From contig JAVBQL010000001.1 in assembly GCA_031549085.1 (NCBI GenBank), positions 119,486 to 183,485 on the forward strand: a DNA stretch of 64,000 nucleotides, given 5' to 3'. The notes beneath the pieces are model-generated. The model made no database searches. It saw nothing but the letters and a program-made list of their open reading frames with translations, and was not told the origin of the DNA. The stretch is from Spirochaetota bacterium. GTDB lineage: Bacteria > Spirochaetota > GWE2-31-10 > MWDO01. This document shows positions 19,125-29,363 of the stretch, one piece after another. Position numbers and translations under genes: made by a program. The stretch's first letter is position 1, and the number at the start of each line of letters is the position of its first letter.

Positions 19125-20948
19125 CTAATGCTTTTTCAACGCTTCAAGTTTGTCTGATGTGTGGCTAAGCTCTGATATATATGTATCTATTGCAGGAAGT
19201 GCCTGACCAAGCTTTGTTGTTATGGTTTCATAATTTCTAGCACTGCTCTTAAGATTATCCATTGTCGTTGTTGCAGCAATTACATCTGTTGTAATTGATT
19301 GAACTATTGGAACAATTTTTTCAGTCTCATCTTTAGTCTTATCTGCAAGCTTTCTAATCTCTGAAGATACAACAGCAAACCCCTTTCCCATCTCTCCGGC
19401 ACGAGAGGCCTCAATTGCTGCGTTTAATGACAGGAGGTTTATCTGCTGAGATATCTCTGTAATTGCAGAGACTATTGGAGAGAACTCTTCTGCCCTCTCT
19501 CTGTTTGCATCATTAGATTTTATTATATCATCAATGAACTTTAATACTGTCTCAAAAGATTTTTTTGCATCTGATATCAAGGAGATTATCTGATTGTTTG
19601 AACCCTTGAGCTCATCAATTATCTTTACTATCTCTCTTGAACTCTCAATACTGTTATCGTAATACTCCGTTAAGGTTGACTCTTTATAGAACCTACAGTT
19701 TAGATTTACATTAAGCTTATATTTTAATGCTGTATGGAATCCTTGACATGTTTCATAACCGCATGATTGACAATTTAAGAAATCTCTAGGCCCCTTCTTA
19801 TTTGTTTGAGGAATGGTATCTCCAAGTTGCTCTTTTGGCAATATATAGAGCGGCTTTGCAGTATCAGAAAAGTAGATTCTCTCAAAATCCACATCGCTGT
19901 TATCATCCATAAACTTATCTATTGCCTTTTGTGCTTTTATAGGACTCTTATAGTGACTTATCCCCTCCTCCTCATAGTTCTCTATTCTCCAGAACATATC
20001 CTCGAATGAGAGCCCCGGAGCCTGTCCCGGCCCTCTAAAACAGCCTCCATCACAACTCAACACATCATACATTATAGGAAAACCTTTAAATTTATTCTCA
20101 ATTCCTTTGGCAACATCATCAAAAAATTTCTTATATAAAATAGAACCCTCTAGGGAATGAATCTTTGCATTGTCATATGTACGGTTTGCAATATTCTTGA
20201 ATCCGCCCGGTCCGCAGAATACCTCTCCGCGTTCAGCAGGGATGAGATCAAATTCGCCCTCTTTATATGATGTTAAATCAACCTTGTGGTTGTCCATATA
20301 TTTTTTCAAGCTATCAAGCGTTATATTGTATTGGACAACACCATCAGTGTCAGGATCTTTAAACTCTCTTCTTTTCGATATACATGGACCTATATAGACA
20401 ATGTTTCCCTCAAAATTTAATTTCTCTCTTATAATTTTTGCCATTATTACCGCTGGAGAGTGGATTGGAGGAAGATAGTCGATTAGTTCTGGTTTATATA
20501 TTTTTATAAAATCGACAACAGATGGACACTGCTGGCTTATCACTGGAATAGCACTGCTTCTCTTTATATATTGGATATATTTTGATACTGCAATCTCCGC
20601 TCCAAGCGCCTCATCATAGACACCTGTCAAAACAAAAGACTCTTTAAGCCATCTAAGAAGCTGTTTAAAGTGATTTTTGAATAGGACAACTGCCGCTGGA
20701 GAGAGTATAACAGAGCTTTTTATACCCTTATTAATAGAACTGATAAATTCACTAAAGTCATCAACAAGATGTATCGCATCATGTTTACACATAGGAAGAC
20801 ACTTTCCACAGCCAATACATAGGTCATGATTGATTTTTGTACTATTTTTATCAACAGTAAAACAAAATTTTACGGGACAAGCGGAAATACAAGAGAAACA
20901 ATTTACACATTTACTCTCATCAATTTCTACAACCTTGCAAAAAGCCAT
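19125..20948 (-). CDS. Putative sensory [FeFe]-hydrogenase (group C type) fused to a methyl-accepting chemotaxis signalling domain
   Basis: Two ferredoxin motifs ([22 protein letters not shown]); H-cluster-like [14 protein letters not shown] and [11 protein letters not shown]; Fe-S motif CQSCGYETC; MCP core [36 protein letters not shown] 20954 is an alternative start. Confidence 0.88.
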   Translation of the reverse strand: MAFCKVVEIDESKCVNCFSCISACPVKFCFTVDKNSTKINHDLCIGCGKCLPMCKHDAIHLVDDFSEFISSINKGIKSSVILSPAAVVLFKNHFKQLLRWLKESFVLTGVYDEALGAEIAVSKYIQYIKRSSAIPVISQQCPSVVDFIKIYKPELIDYLPPIHSPAVIMAKIIREKLNFEGNIVYIGPCISKRREFKDPDTDGVVQYNITLDSLKKYMDNHKVDLTSYKEGEFDLIPAERGEVFCGPGGFKNIANRTYDNAKIHSLEGSILYKKFFDDVAKGIENKFKGFPIMYDVLSCDGGCFRGPGQAPGLSFEDMFWRIENYEEEGISHYKSPIKAQKAIDKFMDDNSDVDFERIYFSDTAKPLYILPKEQLGDTIPQTNKKGPRDFLNCQSCGYETCQGFHTALKYKLNVNLNCRFYKESTLTEYYDNSIESSREIVKIIDELKGSNNQIISLISDAKKSFETVLKFIDDIIKSNDANRERAEEFSPIVSAITEISQQINLLSLNAAIEASRAGEMGKGFAVVSSEIRKLADKTKDETEKIVPIVQSITTDVIAATTTMDNLKSSARNYETITTKLGQALPAIDTYISELSHTSDKLEALKKH

Positions 20949-21230
20949 AATCACACACCGCCTTAAATGAACTCTCTCTATTTTTTAAATAGGTATATTC
21001 CAAATGGATATAATTATAGTATTATATCGAAATAAACTCTATAAAATATTACATGTTTTGCAGTAAAAGTTTCCTTCTTTGTCTTAAATTAAGTTATCTT
21101 TTAATAAATTTAAGACGTTACTTAATAAATAAAGTAGAAAGAGATTTTGACATATATTTTTTTTTATTATATTTTAAAATATTGGATTTCTTACAAAGTT
21201 TTTTAGTAGGGTGAGATTGTTTTTTCTAAA

Positions 21231-21257
21231 CCCCTAACCCCCTTTTCAAAAAGGGGG
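21231..21257. repeat. Family C short hairpin
   Basis: CCCCTAA leader plus CCCCCTTTTCAAAAAGGGGG, a 20-mer identical to the one at 39110. Confidence 0.8.
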
Positions 21258-21283
21258 CTTTAAGGAAAATGAAATAGTGTTCA

Positions 21284-21316
21284 GTTTATCTTGTTGTGGT
21301 AAGCAACAAGATAAAC
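21284..21316. other. Isolated 13-bp inverted repeat in a divergent intergenic region
   Basis: GTTTATCTTGTTG-TGGTAAG-CAACAAGATAAAC; function unknown. Confidence 0.6.
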
Positions 21317-21436
21317 CTATTCACTAAAGCAATAAAACTCTATATATAAATTGAAAGATAAAAGTGTATAATGAATTTATTTTTTGTCATACTTAACAGT
21401 ATATAAAAGAAGAGTGAACAATAGACTTTTAAGGAG

Positions 21437-22744
21437 ATGGATATGAGAAGAGAGTTGGTTCCAATTGGAGCATCTGCTCTATCTTATGAGATTAGAGAGA
21501 TTGTCATAGTTGCTAATCAGTTGAAGCAGATGGGACTAAATTTAATATATGAAAATATTGGTGATCCTGTGGCCAAAGGTGAGAAGCTACCAATCTGGAT
21601 TAAGGATATTCTAAAAAACCTAATCAATGATGATATAAGCTATGCCTACTGTGATACCCAAGGAATCCCCTCAACAAGAGAGTTTGTTGCAAATATGACC
21701 AATGCAGAGGGGGGGATAAATATCACTGCAGGCGATGTCTACTTTTTCAATGGACTTGGAGATACAATTGCTAGGATGTTCAACTTTCTAAAGAGGGAGG
21801 CTCGCGTCATTGGACCAACCCCTGCCTACTCAACTCATAGCTCAGCAGAGGCAGCACACTCTGGATATGAACACCTAACATACCATCTTGATCCAGATAA
21901 TAACTGGCAGCCAAATGTTGATGAGATATATAACAAAGCAAAGTATAATGACTCAATCGCAGGAATACTCTTGATAAACCCTGGTAATCCAACAGGTTCT
22001 GTTATTGAACATAAAATATTGAAAGATATATGTGAAATTGCTGATGAGCTTGATCTATTTATTGTTTGTGATGAGATCTATTCGGAGATAGTCTATTCAA
22101 CTGCAACAAGAACAAAGCTCTCAACAGTTATTGGCAATGCTTGTGGTCTAAGCCTTAATGGTATAAGCAAGCAGATTCCATGGCCAGGTTCAAGGTGCGG
22201 CTGGATGGAGGTCTACAACAAAAAGAGTGACAAAGAGTTTGCAAAATTCATTGATACAATAATAAAGGCAAAGAGGCTTGAGGTGTGCAGTACAACTCTG
22301 CCGCAGATGGCTCTTCCTCTAATATTGGGAGACCCAAGGTATAAAAACCATCTAAAAGAGCGAAGCAATAAGTATGAAATGCGTGCAAAAGAGGCTGCTG
22401 CAATTTTTGGCGGTCATGAGGGGATAAAGTTCATTGAGCCAAAGGGGGCCTTCTATATGTCTATACTCTTTGATGAATCAAAACTCAAACCAAATCAAAC
22501 ACTTAAGATAGACAATGAGCAGATACGATTAAAGGTTGAGGAGCTCTGCAAAAAAGATATTGAGCTTGATAAGAGATTTGTCTACTATCTTTTAGGAAAG
22601 AGTGGGATAATTGCTGTGCCCCTAACAGGATTCTATTCAAAGATCAGAGGATTTCGAATAACCCTATTAGAAGAAGATGATCATAAGAGAATTAGGGTTT
22701 TTGAGACAATAAGAGATTGTATGCTTGAATATTTAAACAGCTAG
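21437..22744 (+). CDS. PLP-dependent aminotransferase class I/II (AlaA-like)
   Basis: YEIREIV, ENIGDP, LINPGNPTG, CDEIY, NGISKQIPWPGSRCGW. Confidence 0.9.
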   Translation: MDMRRELVPIGASALSYEIREIVIVANQLKQMGLNLIYENIGDPVAKGEKLPIWIKDILKNLINDDISYAYCDTQGIPSTREFVANMTNAEGGINITAGDVYFFNGLGDTIARMFNFLKREARVIGPTPAYSTHSSAEAAHSGYEHLTYHLDPDNNWQPNVDEIYNKAKYNDSIAGILLINPGNPTGSVIEHKILKDICEIADELDLFIVCDEIYSEIVYSTATRTKLSTVIGNACGLSLNGISKQIPWPGSRCGWMEVYNKKSDKEFAKFIDTIIKAKRLEVCSTTLPQMALPLILGDPRYKNHLKERSNKYEMRAKEAAAIFGGHEGIKFIEPKGAFYMSILFDESKLKPNQTLKIDNEQIRLKVEELCKKDIELDKRFVYYLLGKSGIIAVPLTGFYSKIRGFRITLLEEDDHKRIRVFETIRDCMLEYLNS

Positions 22745-22756
22745 AGTTTTTTTCTA

Positions 22757-22780
22757 CCCCCCCCTTTACATAAAGGGGGT
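22757..22780. repeat. Family C short hairpin after a stop codon
   Basis: CCCCCTTT-ACAT-AAAGGGGG about 15 nt after the stop at 22744. Confidence 0.7.
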
Positions 22781-22973
22781 GAGTTTTTTAGTTTTTAAAT
22801 TTAGAAACTAAAAATTTTTTCTTATACAAGATATTGATCAGAAAGGACGTGGCACTTAAAAAAAGAAAAAAAAGGTTACCGCTTGGATGCAGCGGTATAC
22901 AAGCTATAAACTTTATCACACAAGTAAATAATGAATTAAACGAATACAAAACCCAAAAGAGGTCTAATTAAAA

Positions 22974-23456
22974 ATGCCATTCGAAAACATAATAATAGCT
23001 GGTGCAAAGGGTGTTGGAAAAAGTATCTATGGAAAAAATTTAGCCATTAGAACAGGCAGAACTTTTTTTGACACTGATACTCTAATTATGAAAAAGTTCT
23101 CTTTTGATACTATTGGAGAACTTTTCTCATCTGTTGGAGAGAAAAAGTTTAGAGAGATTGAGAGAGAGTGCTTTCTTGAAGCCATCAATGACAATAGAAA
23201 AAAGGTAGTCTCCACAGGGGGCGGTTTTTTTTACTCTGAAGAGAGCATAAAATTGCTTCCCTCCGATAGTATAGTATTGTCCCTCTATTTAGAGCCAAAT
23301 CTCCTATGGGAGTTAAACTGCAAAAAGAGTAATCTGCCAGCCTACATAAAAAACTCGCCAAATGGAAAAGATGAGTTTATAAATAGAGTAACTATTATTA
23401 ATAGAAACCTTAAGGATATCTCTCTATTAATTAATATAGAAAAATATATTAATTAA
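22974..23456 (+). CDS. aroK: Shikimate kinase-like protein
   Basis: P-loop GAKGVGKS, FFDTD, FREIE, STGGG. Confidence 0.8.
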   Translation: MPFENIIIAGAKGVGKSIYGKNLAIRTGRTFFDTDTLIMKKFSFDTIGELFSSVGEKKFREIERECFLEAINDNRKKVVSTGGGFFYSEESIKLLPSDSIVLSLYLEPNLLWELNCKKSNLPAYIKNSPNGKDEFINRVTIINRNLKDISLLINIEKYIN

Positions 23457-24637
23457 TCTAAAGTGGATTTTCTCTCTATTCTTGATCTATAAAACTTGTT
23501 CTCAATAGTGATATTAAATAGATCTAGCTTTTTAAAACTATTTAGAAGTTTAAGATTACCTAAATCTGTGCTATCAAAATTTCTCTCTTTAATTATATCA
23601 AGGACTGTTATGAAGTAGTAATAAAATTTGTCTCTCTTAAGTTGGTTAAAAATATTAATTAATTCTTCATATCTATCAACAAAATAATTAAAAAGTTTCT
23701 CTCCAACAAAAAAGATCTCTTTCTCAATAACACTACTCTCTCTAATCTCATACATTTTGTAGAGTGATAAAAGAGTGTTTTTTAGGTGGTTAAAATATTT
23801 TTCGTCTTCGGGGTTAAATGGCTTGTGCTTTCTATTTTTTTTAAGCTTTTCAAAATTGGAAATATATTTTTTTAGTTCATCATTAAAATAGCGGCTGGAG
23901 AACTCCTCCATTATTTTGAGAACCGTTCTCTTTTTTAGATGAGTTTTATCTTTTTTATAGTAACTGTAATCTCTAAAGCCATCAATAACAAGTTCGTAGG
24001 CAGAAAAATAGAAAATATCTCTATTATTAATTAATGAATCTATTGCAACCCGCAAAATTGCCTTGCTTAATGAGTTTTCTTCAGGGTTATTTATGTTATG
24101 TCTTACTGGAGAGAGGGTTAGAATAATTTTTATATTTGGAATATGTTCTTTTAGGAGCGATATAGTTTTCGTGATAAACTCTATATTCTCTTCAACAGAG
24201 AGCATCTCTTTTGTAAATAGAGCCTCATTAAGCTTGTGGCAGTTGGCAACAATTTTGCCGCTCTCTTTTAGCCTATATACAACACTTGTTCCAAAGGTAA
24301 TTATTACTATATTAGATTTTAACAATTTTTCTTTGGAGTTTGAGGCACTGTTTATAAGTTTGTTTTTTAAGTTTTGATAAATATCTGACTCAAAAAGTGT
24401 AGATGAATTAAAAGAGACAAACTTGCCATCTATTTCAGTGATCTCACTCTCTTCAAAGAGACCATCATCTTTTGATAGCACTATTGTCTCTATATTTTTG
24501 TATATAGAATAGCTATTATATATAGTTCCAAATGGATTAACAAGAGAATCAATGCCATTTCTTTTTAGATACCTATTTATTTCTAATGCAAAGCATGAGC
24601 CAATTGAAAAAATATTATCATTAATGTTGATAACCAT
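23453..24637 (-). CDS. GSCFA domain-containing protein
   Basis: Literal IGSCFA motif, NPFGTIYN, ANCHK, LTLSPVRH and YFSAYEL; 4-nt convergent overlap with aroK. Confidence 0.92.
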   Translation of the reverse strand: MVININDNIFSIGSCFALEINRYLKRNGIDSLVNPFGTIYNSYSIYKNIETIVLSKDDGLFEESEITEIDGKFVSFNSSTLFESDIYQNLKNKLINSASNSKEKLLKSNIVIITFGTSVVYRLKESGKIVANCHKLNEALFTKEMLSVEENIEFITKTISLLKEHIPNIKIILTLSPVRHNINNPEENSLSKAILRVAIDSLINNRDIFYFSAYELVIDGFRDYSYYKKDKTHLKKRTVLKIMEEFSSRYFNDELKKYISNFEKLKKNRKHKPFNPEDEKYFNHLKNTLLSLYKMYEIRESSVIEKEIFFVGEKLFNYFVDRYEELINIFNQLKRDKFYYYFITVLDIIKERNFDSTDLGNLKLLNSFKKLDLFNITIENKFYRSRIERKSTLD

Positions 24638-24757
24638 ATATCTGAAAATAGCACTTTTTTAAATATATGCCTACTATAATTATTCATATAAAAGCTTATA
24701 TTATTTTAGGCTATTTAAGAGGTGTTTAACAAAAAAGAATCTATATTTCAAAGATAG

Positions 24758-24793
24758 ACTCCTAACTCCCCTCCCATAGCAAGGAGAGGGAGT
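24758..24793. repeat. Family C-related short hairpin
   Basis: CTCCTAACTCCCCTCC-CATAGCAA-GGAGAGGGAGT near the rlpA stop; more divergent than the other copies. Confidence 0.55.
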
Positions 24794-24816
24794 TTAAGAA
24801 GAGAGGTGTAAAAGCA

Positions 24817-25566
24817 CTACTCCCCTAGGTTATTTTTCTTTTTCTTAACAAAGTGATCTATATTATTTTTGTTCAATAGCTCTAAATATCTATCAACCTC
24901 TGCCTTCGTAAGGTTTGGGATAATGACACGATACATATCAACATTATTTATATTAACATTGGTTATAATTGGCTTAACATTCATAAGCTTGTCAACTTTT
25001 ACTGTTAGATCCTGTGCATAGTGATAGGTCTTAAAAGATCCAAGCTGAAGGTCATAGATGTATTCATCTGTTATAGTAATTTTAATATCTGCCGTTGTGC
25101 TGCCAGTAGTTATACTATCAGTGGTTGTGATTATGTGTGTAGAGTCATCAGCTGGAGCAATTTTAAGCTCAATAGCCTTCCCAACCAAATCTTCCATCAT
25201 TACTGGCTCATTGTCATTAGGCCTATGGATAGCAATTTTTACATTCATAACACCCTGATTGATAAGACCAAGCTCATTGGCAGCCGCCTTTGAAAGGTCT
25301 ATTATTCTTGACTCTGCAAATGGGCCTCTATCATTAATTCTAACAATTACCTCTCTTCCATTCTCAACAGAGATAACCTTCACATAAGTACCAAATGGAA
25401 GTGTTTTATGAGCTGCTGTATAGTCATATGTATTAAATATCTCACCACTTGCTGTCTTTTTTCCATGAAAATTTGGCCCATACCATGATGCAAGCCCTGT
25501 CTCTTCATAACTATTCATAAAAAACAGAACATTAAACAGCAGAGCCACAAATAATAATCTTTTCAT
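24817..25566 (-). CDS. rlpA: Septal ring lytic transglycosylase RlpA with C-terminal SPOR-like domain
   Basis: GLASWYG..FHGKKTASGE, TAAHKTLPFGT, VRINDRGPF and IIDLSKAAA; C-terminal LQLGSF. Confidence 0.95.
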   Translation of the reverse strand: MKRLLFVALLFNVLFFMNSYEETGLASWYGPNFHGKKTASGEIFNTYDYTAAHKTLPFGTYVKVISVENGREVIVRINDRGPFAESRIIDLSKAAANELGLINQGVMNVKIAIHRPNDNEPVMMEDLVGKAIELKIAPADDSTHIITTTDSITTGSTTADIKITITDEYIYDLQLGSFKTYHYAQDLTVKVDKLMNVKPIITNVNINNVDMYRVIIPNLTKAEVDRYLELLNKNNIDHFVKKKKNNLGE

Positions 25567-25716
25567 AATCTATCTTCTCCTAAACATAAAACTTACATAA
25601 AAAGATCTTTAGAAAAAAATTATACTTTTTTGATATAAAAAAAAGATCTTAATCTAAATGATCGGAACTTGGAGAAAGATCTTTATAAAAGTAGATTGAA
25701 GTTAAAAAAAAGTAAT

Positions 25717-26721
25717 CTATATTTTTAGCAGTTTATATTTATCTCTATTGATCAGTAGATAGTAACCACCCTCTATTTTCATTAATTTCTTAAATTCTTC
25801 CCTGTTTTTTTCTATTTGTATCAATTTTTCTTTTGCTATTTTATCTGTCAATTTAATTGAATAGAGAGCATCCTCTTTTAAAACCAGCAAAGTATCATCT
25901 ATTAGGCATATGTCCAAAACTTTATAAAAATCTCTGTCAACTCCGGGAAGCGCATCGAATTCTCCTCTTCCCCACCCATAGTAGAAACCAAGAGAGTTCT
26001 CTCTTTTCCAGTTTTCATCTTTTCCTACAATTGAAAGATGAGCATAATCGCCAAAGCGCCCCCAACTAGATGAGAAAAGCACTACCCAATTTTCACTTAT
26101 ATCGCCCTTAATTATATGCTCATATGAGCCATTATTTTGCAGTTCACTTGTCTTTTTATGTTTTGGTTTATTTGGAGTAGTAATATCATATTTTAATATG
26201 TATTTTGGAAACACTAAATTATCAACCAAATACAATGCATTATCTCTTATCAAGATATCATCTATTGATTTCCCTTTCATTTTTTTAATTGGGAGAAAAA
26301 TTTTATTTATTATAGAATCAAGTTTTGTTAAATCAATAAATGAGAAGAGCTCATTTTCTTTCTCATATTGTCCACCAAGATAAACAACATTGCCCTTGAA
26401 ATTTATTGAATCAAATTTATATTCAGTTTTTTCGAATATTTTCTTCCCATGCTCATCAGATATGATTAGTTTTCTATCTTTAGCCTCCTCACCAAAACAT
26501 AGTGATACAAATAGAAGATTCTCTAAAAAGACGCTCTTTGATGGGTAGGGAATATCAATTTTTCCTACCTCTTTGATTGAATTATTCTCAAATTGGGCAA
26601 TAATGCTGGAGCTATCTTGAGGGATTATGAATTTACGATTCTCTATATTTTGTCCACTCACATATAGTGGAACAAATAGCATAACCAAAGCAATGTATAC
26701 TATTTTTATCTCATTTTTCAT
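25717..26721 (-). CDS. Hypothetical exported protein (beta-rich)
   Basis: 334-aa ORF with an N-terminal hydrophobic signal; no motif recognised. Confidence 0.7.
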   Translation of the reverse strand: MKNEIKIVYIALVMLFVPLYVSGQNIENRKFIIPQDSSSIIAQFENNSIKEVGKIDIPYPSKSVFLENLLFVSLCFGEEAKDRKLIISDEHGKKIFEKTEYKFDSINFKGNVVYLGGQYEKENELFSFIDLTKLDSIINKIFLPIKKMKGKSIDDILIRDNALYLVDNLVFPKYILKYDITTPNKPKHKKTSELQNNGSYEHIIKGDISENWVVLFSSSWGRFGDYAHLSIVGKDENWKRENSLGFYYGWGRGEFDALPGVDRDFYKVLDICLIDDTLLVLKEDALYSIKLTDKIAKEKLIQIEKNREEFKKLMKIEGGYYLLINRDKYKLLKI

Positions 26722-26997
26722 TTTAAGTCCTTAATCCATTTGTTAAGTTTTTTTTTCAATAAAGTTTTTTCAAATATTAAATCTATCTCTTTTATCAAAT
26801 ATTTATAGCATGATTGCATAGCCAATAGCAAAGTTTTTTGTCAGCATCAATCTAAAAGATATTTTCTTTAATTTTACAAGAACTTCTTTTGACAAGTTTC
26901 AAACTTTTTAGTATCAATAAAACTACGAGATTTTATATTTAAAAATAACTATGACTTTTATAAGTCAAGAAATAGATTATTTTTTTTGGAGGTAAAT

Positions 26998-27552
26998 ATG
27001 AACGAAGAAATTCTACAGGTGGCAATTCGCATAAAGGCACTGCGAGAGATTGAGGGATTATCTACTGAACAAATTTCAAAAGAGCTTGATGTTTCAAAAG
27101 AGGAGTATGAAAATTATGAGAATGGGAAGGCTGATATTCCTGTAAGTTTTCTATATGCTCTTGCTAACAGATATAAAGTGGAGCTTACAGAGATTCTAAC
27201 TGGGGAGTCTCCAAGACTAAAAGTATATGAGCTTGTAAGAAAGGGTGAGGGAATTGGTGTTGATAGAAGAAAAGCCTATAAGTATCAGAGTTTGGCATAC
27301 AATTTTACACACAAAAAGATTGAGCCATTTATTGTAATTGCAGAGCCAAAGGATAGCAACTTGCCTATAGAGTACAACTCTCACAAGGGGCAGGAGTTTA
27401 ACTATCTACTTGAGGGAAAGCTTGCTTTCTATATAAATGGAAAGGAGCTCATTCTAAACGAGGGAGACTCTATCTACTTCGACTCTGGCGTTGGACATGC
27501 CCATAGGGCATTGGATAATAAAAATGCTAAATTTTTAGCAATTATTCTATAA
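26998..27552 (+). CDS. XRE-family HTH regulator with C-terminal cupin domain
   Basis: RIKALREIEGLS...YENYENG HTH; HKGQEFNYLLEG and LNEGDSIYFDSGVGH cupin; GGAGG before ATG 26998. Confidence 0.92.
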   Translation: MNEEILQVAIRIKALREIEGLSTEQISKELDVSKEEYENYENGKADIPVSFLYALANRYKVELTEILTGESPRLKVYELVRKGEGIGVDRRKAYKYQSLAYNFTHKKIEPFIVIAEPKDSNLPIEYNSHKGQEFNYLLEGKLAFYINGKELILNEGDSIYFDSGVGHAHRALDNKNAKFLAIIL

Positions 27553-27585
27553 AATATTTTTATCCATCTACCTATTTAAGAGTAG

Positions 27586-27604
27586 TGTGAAATTTAGTTT
27601 CACA
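27586..27604. promoter_or_regulatory. Candidate operator palindrome upstream of the acyl-CoA synthetase
   Basis: TGTGAAA-TTTAG-TTTCACA, a perfect 7-bp dyad. Confidence 0.4.
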
Positions 27605-27679
27605 ACCTTAAAGTAGGCAAAAGAGTTAATACTCTTTAATAATCAACTTTTATAGAACTTTTTAGGGAGAGAAACAAAA

Positions 27680-29335
27680 ATGATACTTAATAAATTTTTA
27701 CCAAAGACAGACTTTAAGTCATATGATGACTTTGATGAAAACTTCAAATTAAATATACCTGACAACTTCAACTTTGCTTTTGATGTTGTTGATGTTATCG
27801 CTGACAAAGAGCCAAATAGAAAGGCTATCATCTGGACAGATGGCGAAAATGACAAGACAATAACCTTCAAAGAGCTGAAGGAGTATAGCAATAAGACTGC
27901 AAACTTTTTCAAAAGTATTGGAATAAAGAAGGGTGATAAGGTGATGCTTATACTAAAAAGAAAGCATCAGTTTTGGTATGCGATAATTGCGCTGCATAAA
28001 ATTGGAGCAATCGCAATACCAGCAACACACCTTCTAACAGAGAAAGATATTACATATAGAATTGATGCTGCTGGAATTGAGACAATATTGTCTGTTAATG
28101 AGTCTCCTATAATAGATGCTATTGATGAGAGCACAAAAAAATCTAAAATAATAAAAAATAGGATTGTTTTAGCAGATGAGAGAGAGGGCTTCTTAACATT
28201 CAACAGCGAAGTTGAGAAGCATAGTCCAATATTTAACCGCGGTACGGGAGCTGAGGATTGCGGCGGAAAAGAGCCAATGATTCTCTACTTCACATCTGGA
28301 ACAACAGGTCAGCCAAAGATGGCACTTCACAATTTTAACTACCCGCTTGGACATATCATCACAGCAAGATATTGGCATAATATAGAAGATGGTGATATAC
28401 ACCTAACAGTATCTGACACTGGCTGGGCAAAATCCCTATGGGGAAAACTCTATGGACAGTGGATCTGCGGCGGAGTTGTATTTGTATATGATTATGAAAA
28501 ATTTGCTCCAAAAAAGATGCTCGATATGATCTCAAAGTATAAGGTATCAACCTTCTGTGCACCGCCAACAATATATAGATATATTATAAAAGAGGATTTT
28601 ACAAAATATGATCTTTCTGGCTTAAAGTATGTTACAACAGCAGGAGAGGCTTTGAACCCTGAAATATTTACTCAATTTGAGCAGAAGACAGGCTTAAAAA
28701 TATATGAAGCCTTTGGACAGACAGAGCTTACACTTCTTTTAGGCACATTCTACTTTATGGAACCAAGACCGGGAGCTATGGGGCGCCCATCTCCGCAATA
28801 TGAGGTTGACTTGATAGATGAGAATGGAGAGACATGTGAGCTTGGAAAGACTGGGGAGATTGTTATAAGGACAGACAAGAAGATGCCTCCAGGGATCTTT
28901 TTGGGCTACTACAGAGATGAAGAGCTTACAAAAAAGGCGTGGAACAATGATGTCTACCATACAGGCGATCTTGCTTGGTGCGATGAAGATGGCTTCTACT
29001 GGTTTGTTGGGCGTGCTGATGATGTTATAAAGAGCTCTGGCTATCGAATTGGACCATTTGAGATTGAGAGTGTTCTATTGGAGCATCCATCAGTTCTTGA
29101 GTGTGCTGTTACTGGTGTTCCTGATCCAATGAGAGGGCAGACAGTAAAGGCAACTGTAGTTCTAAGCAATGGATATGAGCCATCTGAAGATTTGACAAAA
29201 GAGCTTCAGGATTTTGTTAAAAATATGACCGCCCCATATAAGTACCCAAGAATTATTGAGTATGTCAAGGAGCTTCCAAAGACAATAAGCGGAAAGATAA
29301 GAAGAGTTGAGATACGAGAGCATGACAAAAAGTAG
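27680..29335 (+). CDS. AMP-binding acyl-CoA synthetase (acetyl-CoA synthetase-like)
   Basis: YFTSGTTGQPK, YEAFGQTE, YHTGD, GRADDVIKSSGYRIGP, PKTISGKI. Confidence 0.95.
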   Translation: MILNKFLPKTDFKSYDDFDENFKLNIPDNFNFAFDVVDVIADKEPNRKAIIWTDGENDKTITFKELKEYSNKTANFFKSIGIKKGDKVMLILKRKHQFWYAIIALHKIGAIAIPATHLLTEKDITYRIDAAGIETILSVNESPIIDAIDESTKKSKIIKNRIVLADEREGFLTFNSEVEKHSPIFNRGTGAEDCGGKEPMILYFTSGTTGQPKMALHNFNYPLGHIITARYWHNIEDGDIHLTVSDTGWAKSLWGKLYGQWICGGVVFVYDYEKFAPKKMLDMISKYKVSTFCAPPTIYRYIIKEDFTKYDLSGLKYVTTAGEALNPEIFTQFEQKTGLKIYEAFGQTELTLLLGTFYFMEPRPGAMGRPSPQYEVDLIDENGETCELGKTGEIVIRTDKKMPPGIFLGYYRDEELTKKAWNNDVYHTGDLAWCDEDGFYWFVGRADDVIKSSGYRIGPFEIESVLLEHPSVLECAVTGVPDPMRGQTVKATVVLSNGYEPSEDLTKELQDFVKNMTAPYKYPRIIEYVKELPKTISGKIRRVEIREHDKK

Positions 29336-29363
29336 TGTGCAATTAAAAACTAAAGGGTCTGTT

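Noticed and set aside
23453-23456. Convergent 4-nt overlap of aroK and the GSCFA gene as a functional link
   Set aside because: Shared TTAA stop overlaps are common in AT-rich genomes, and nothing else links the genes.
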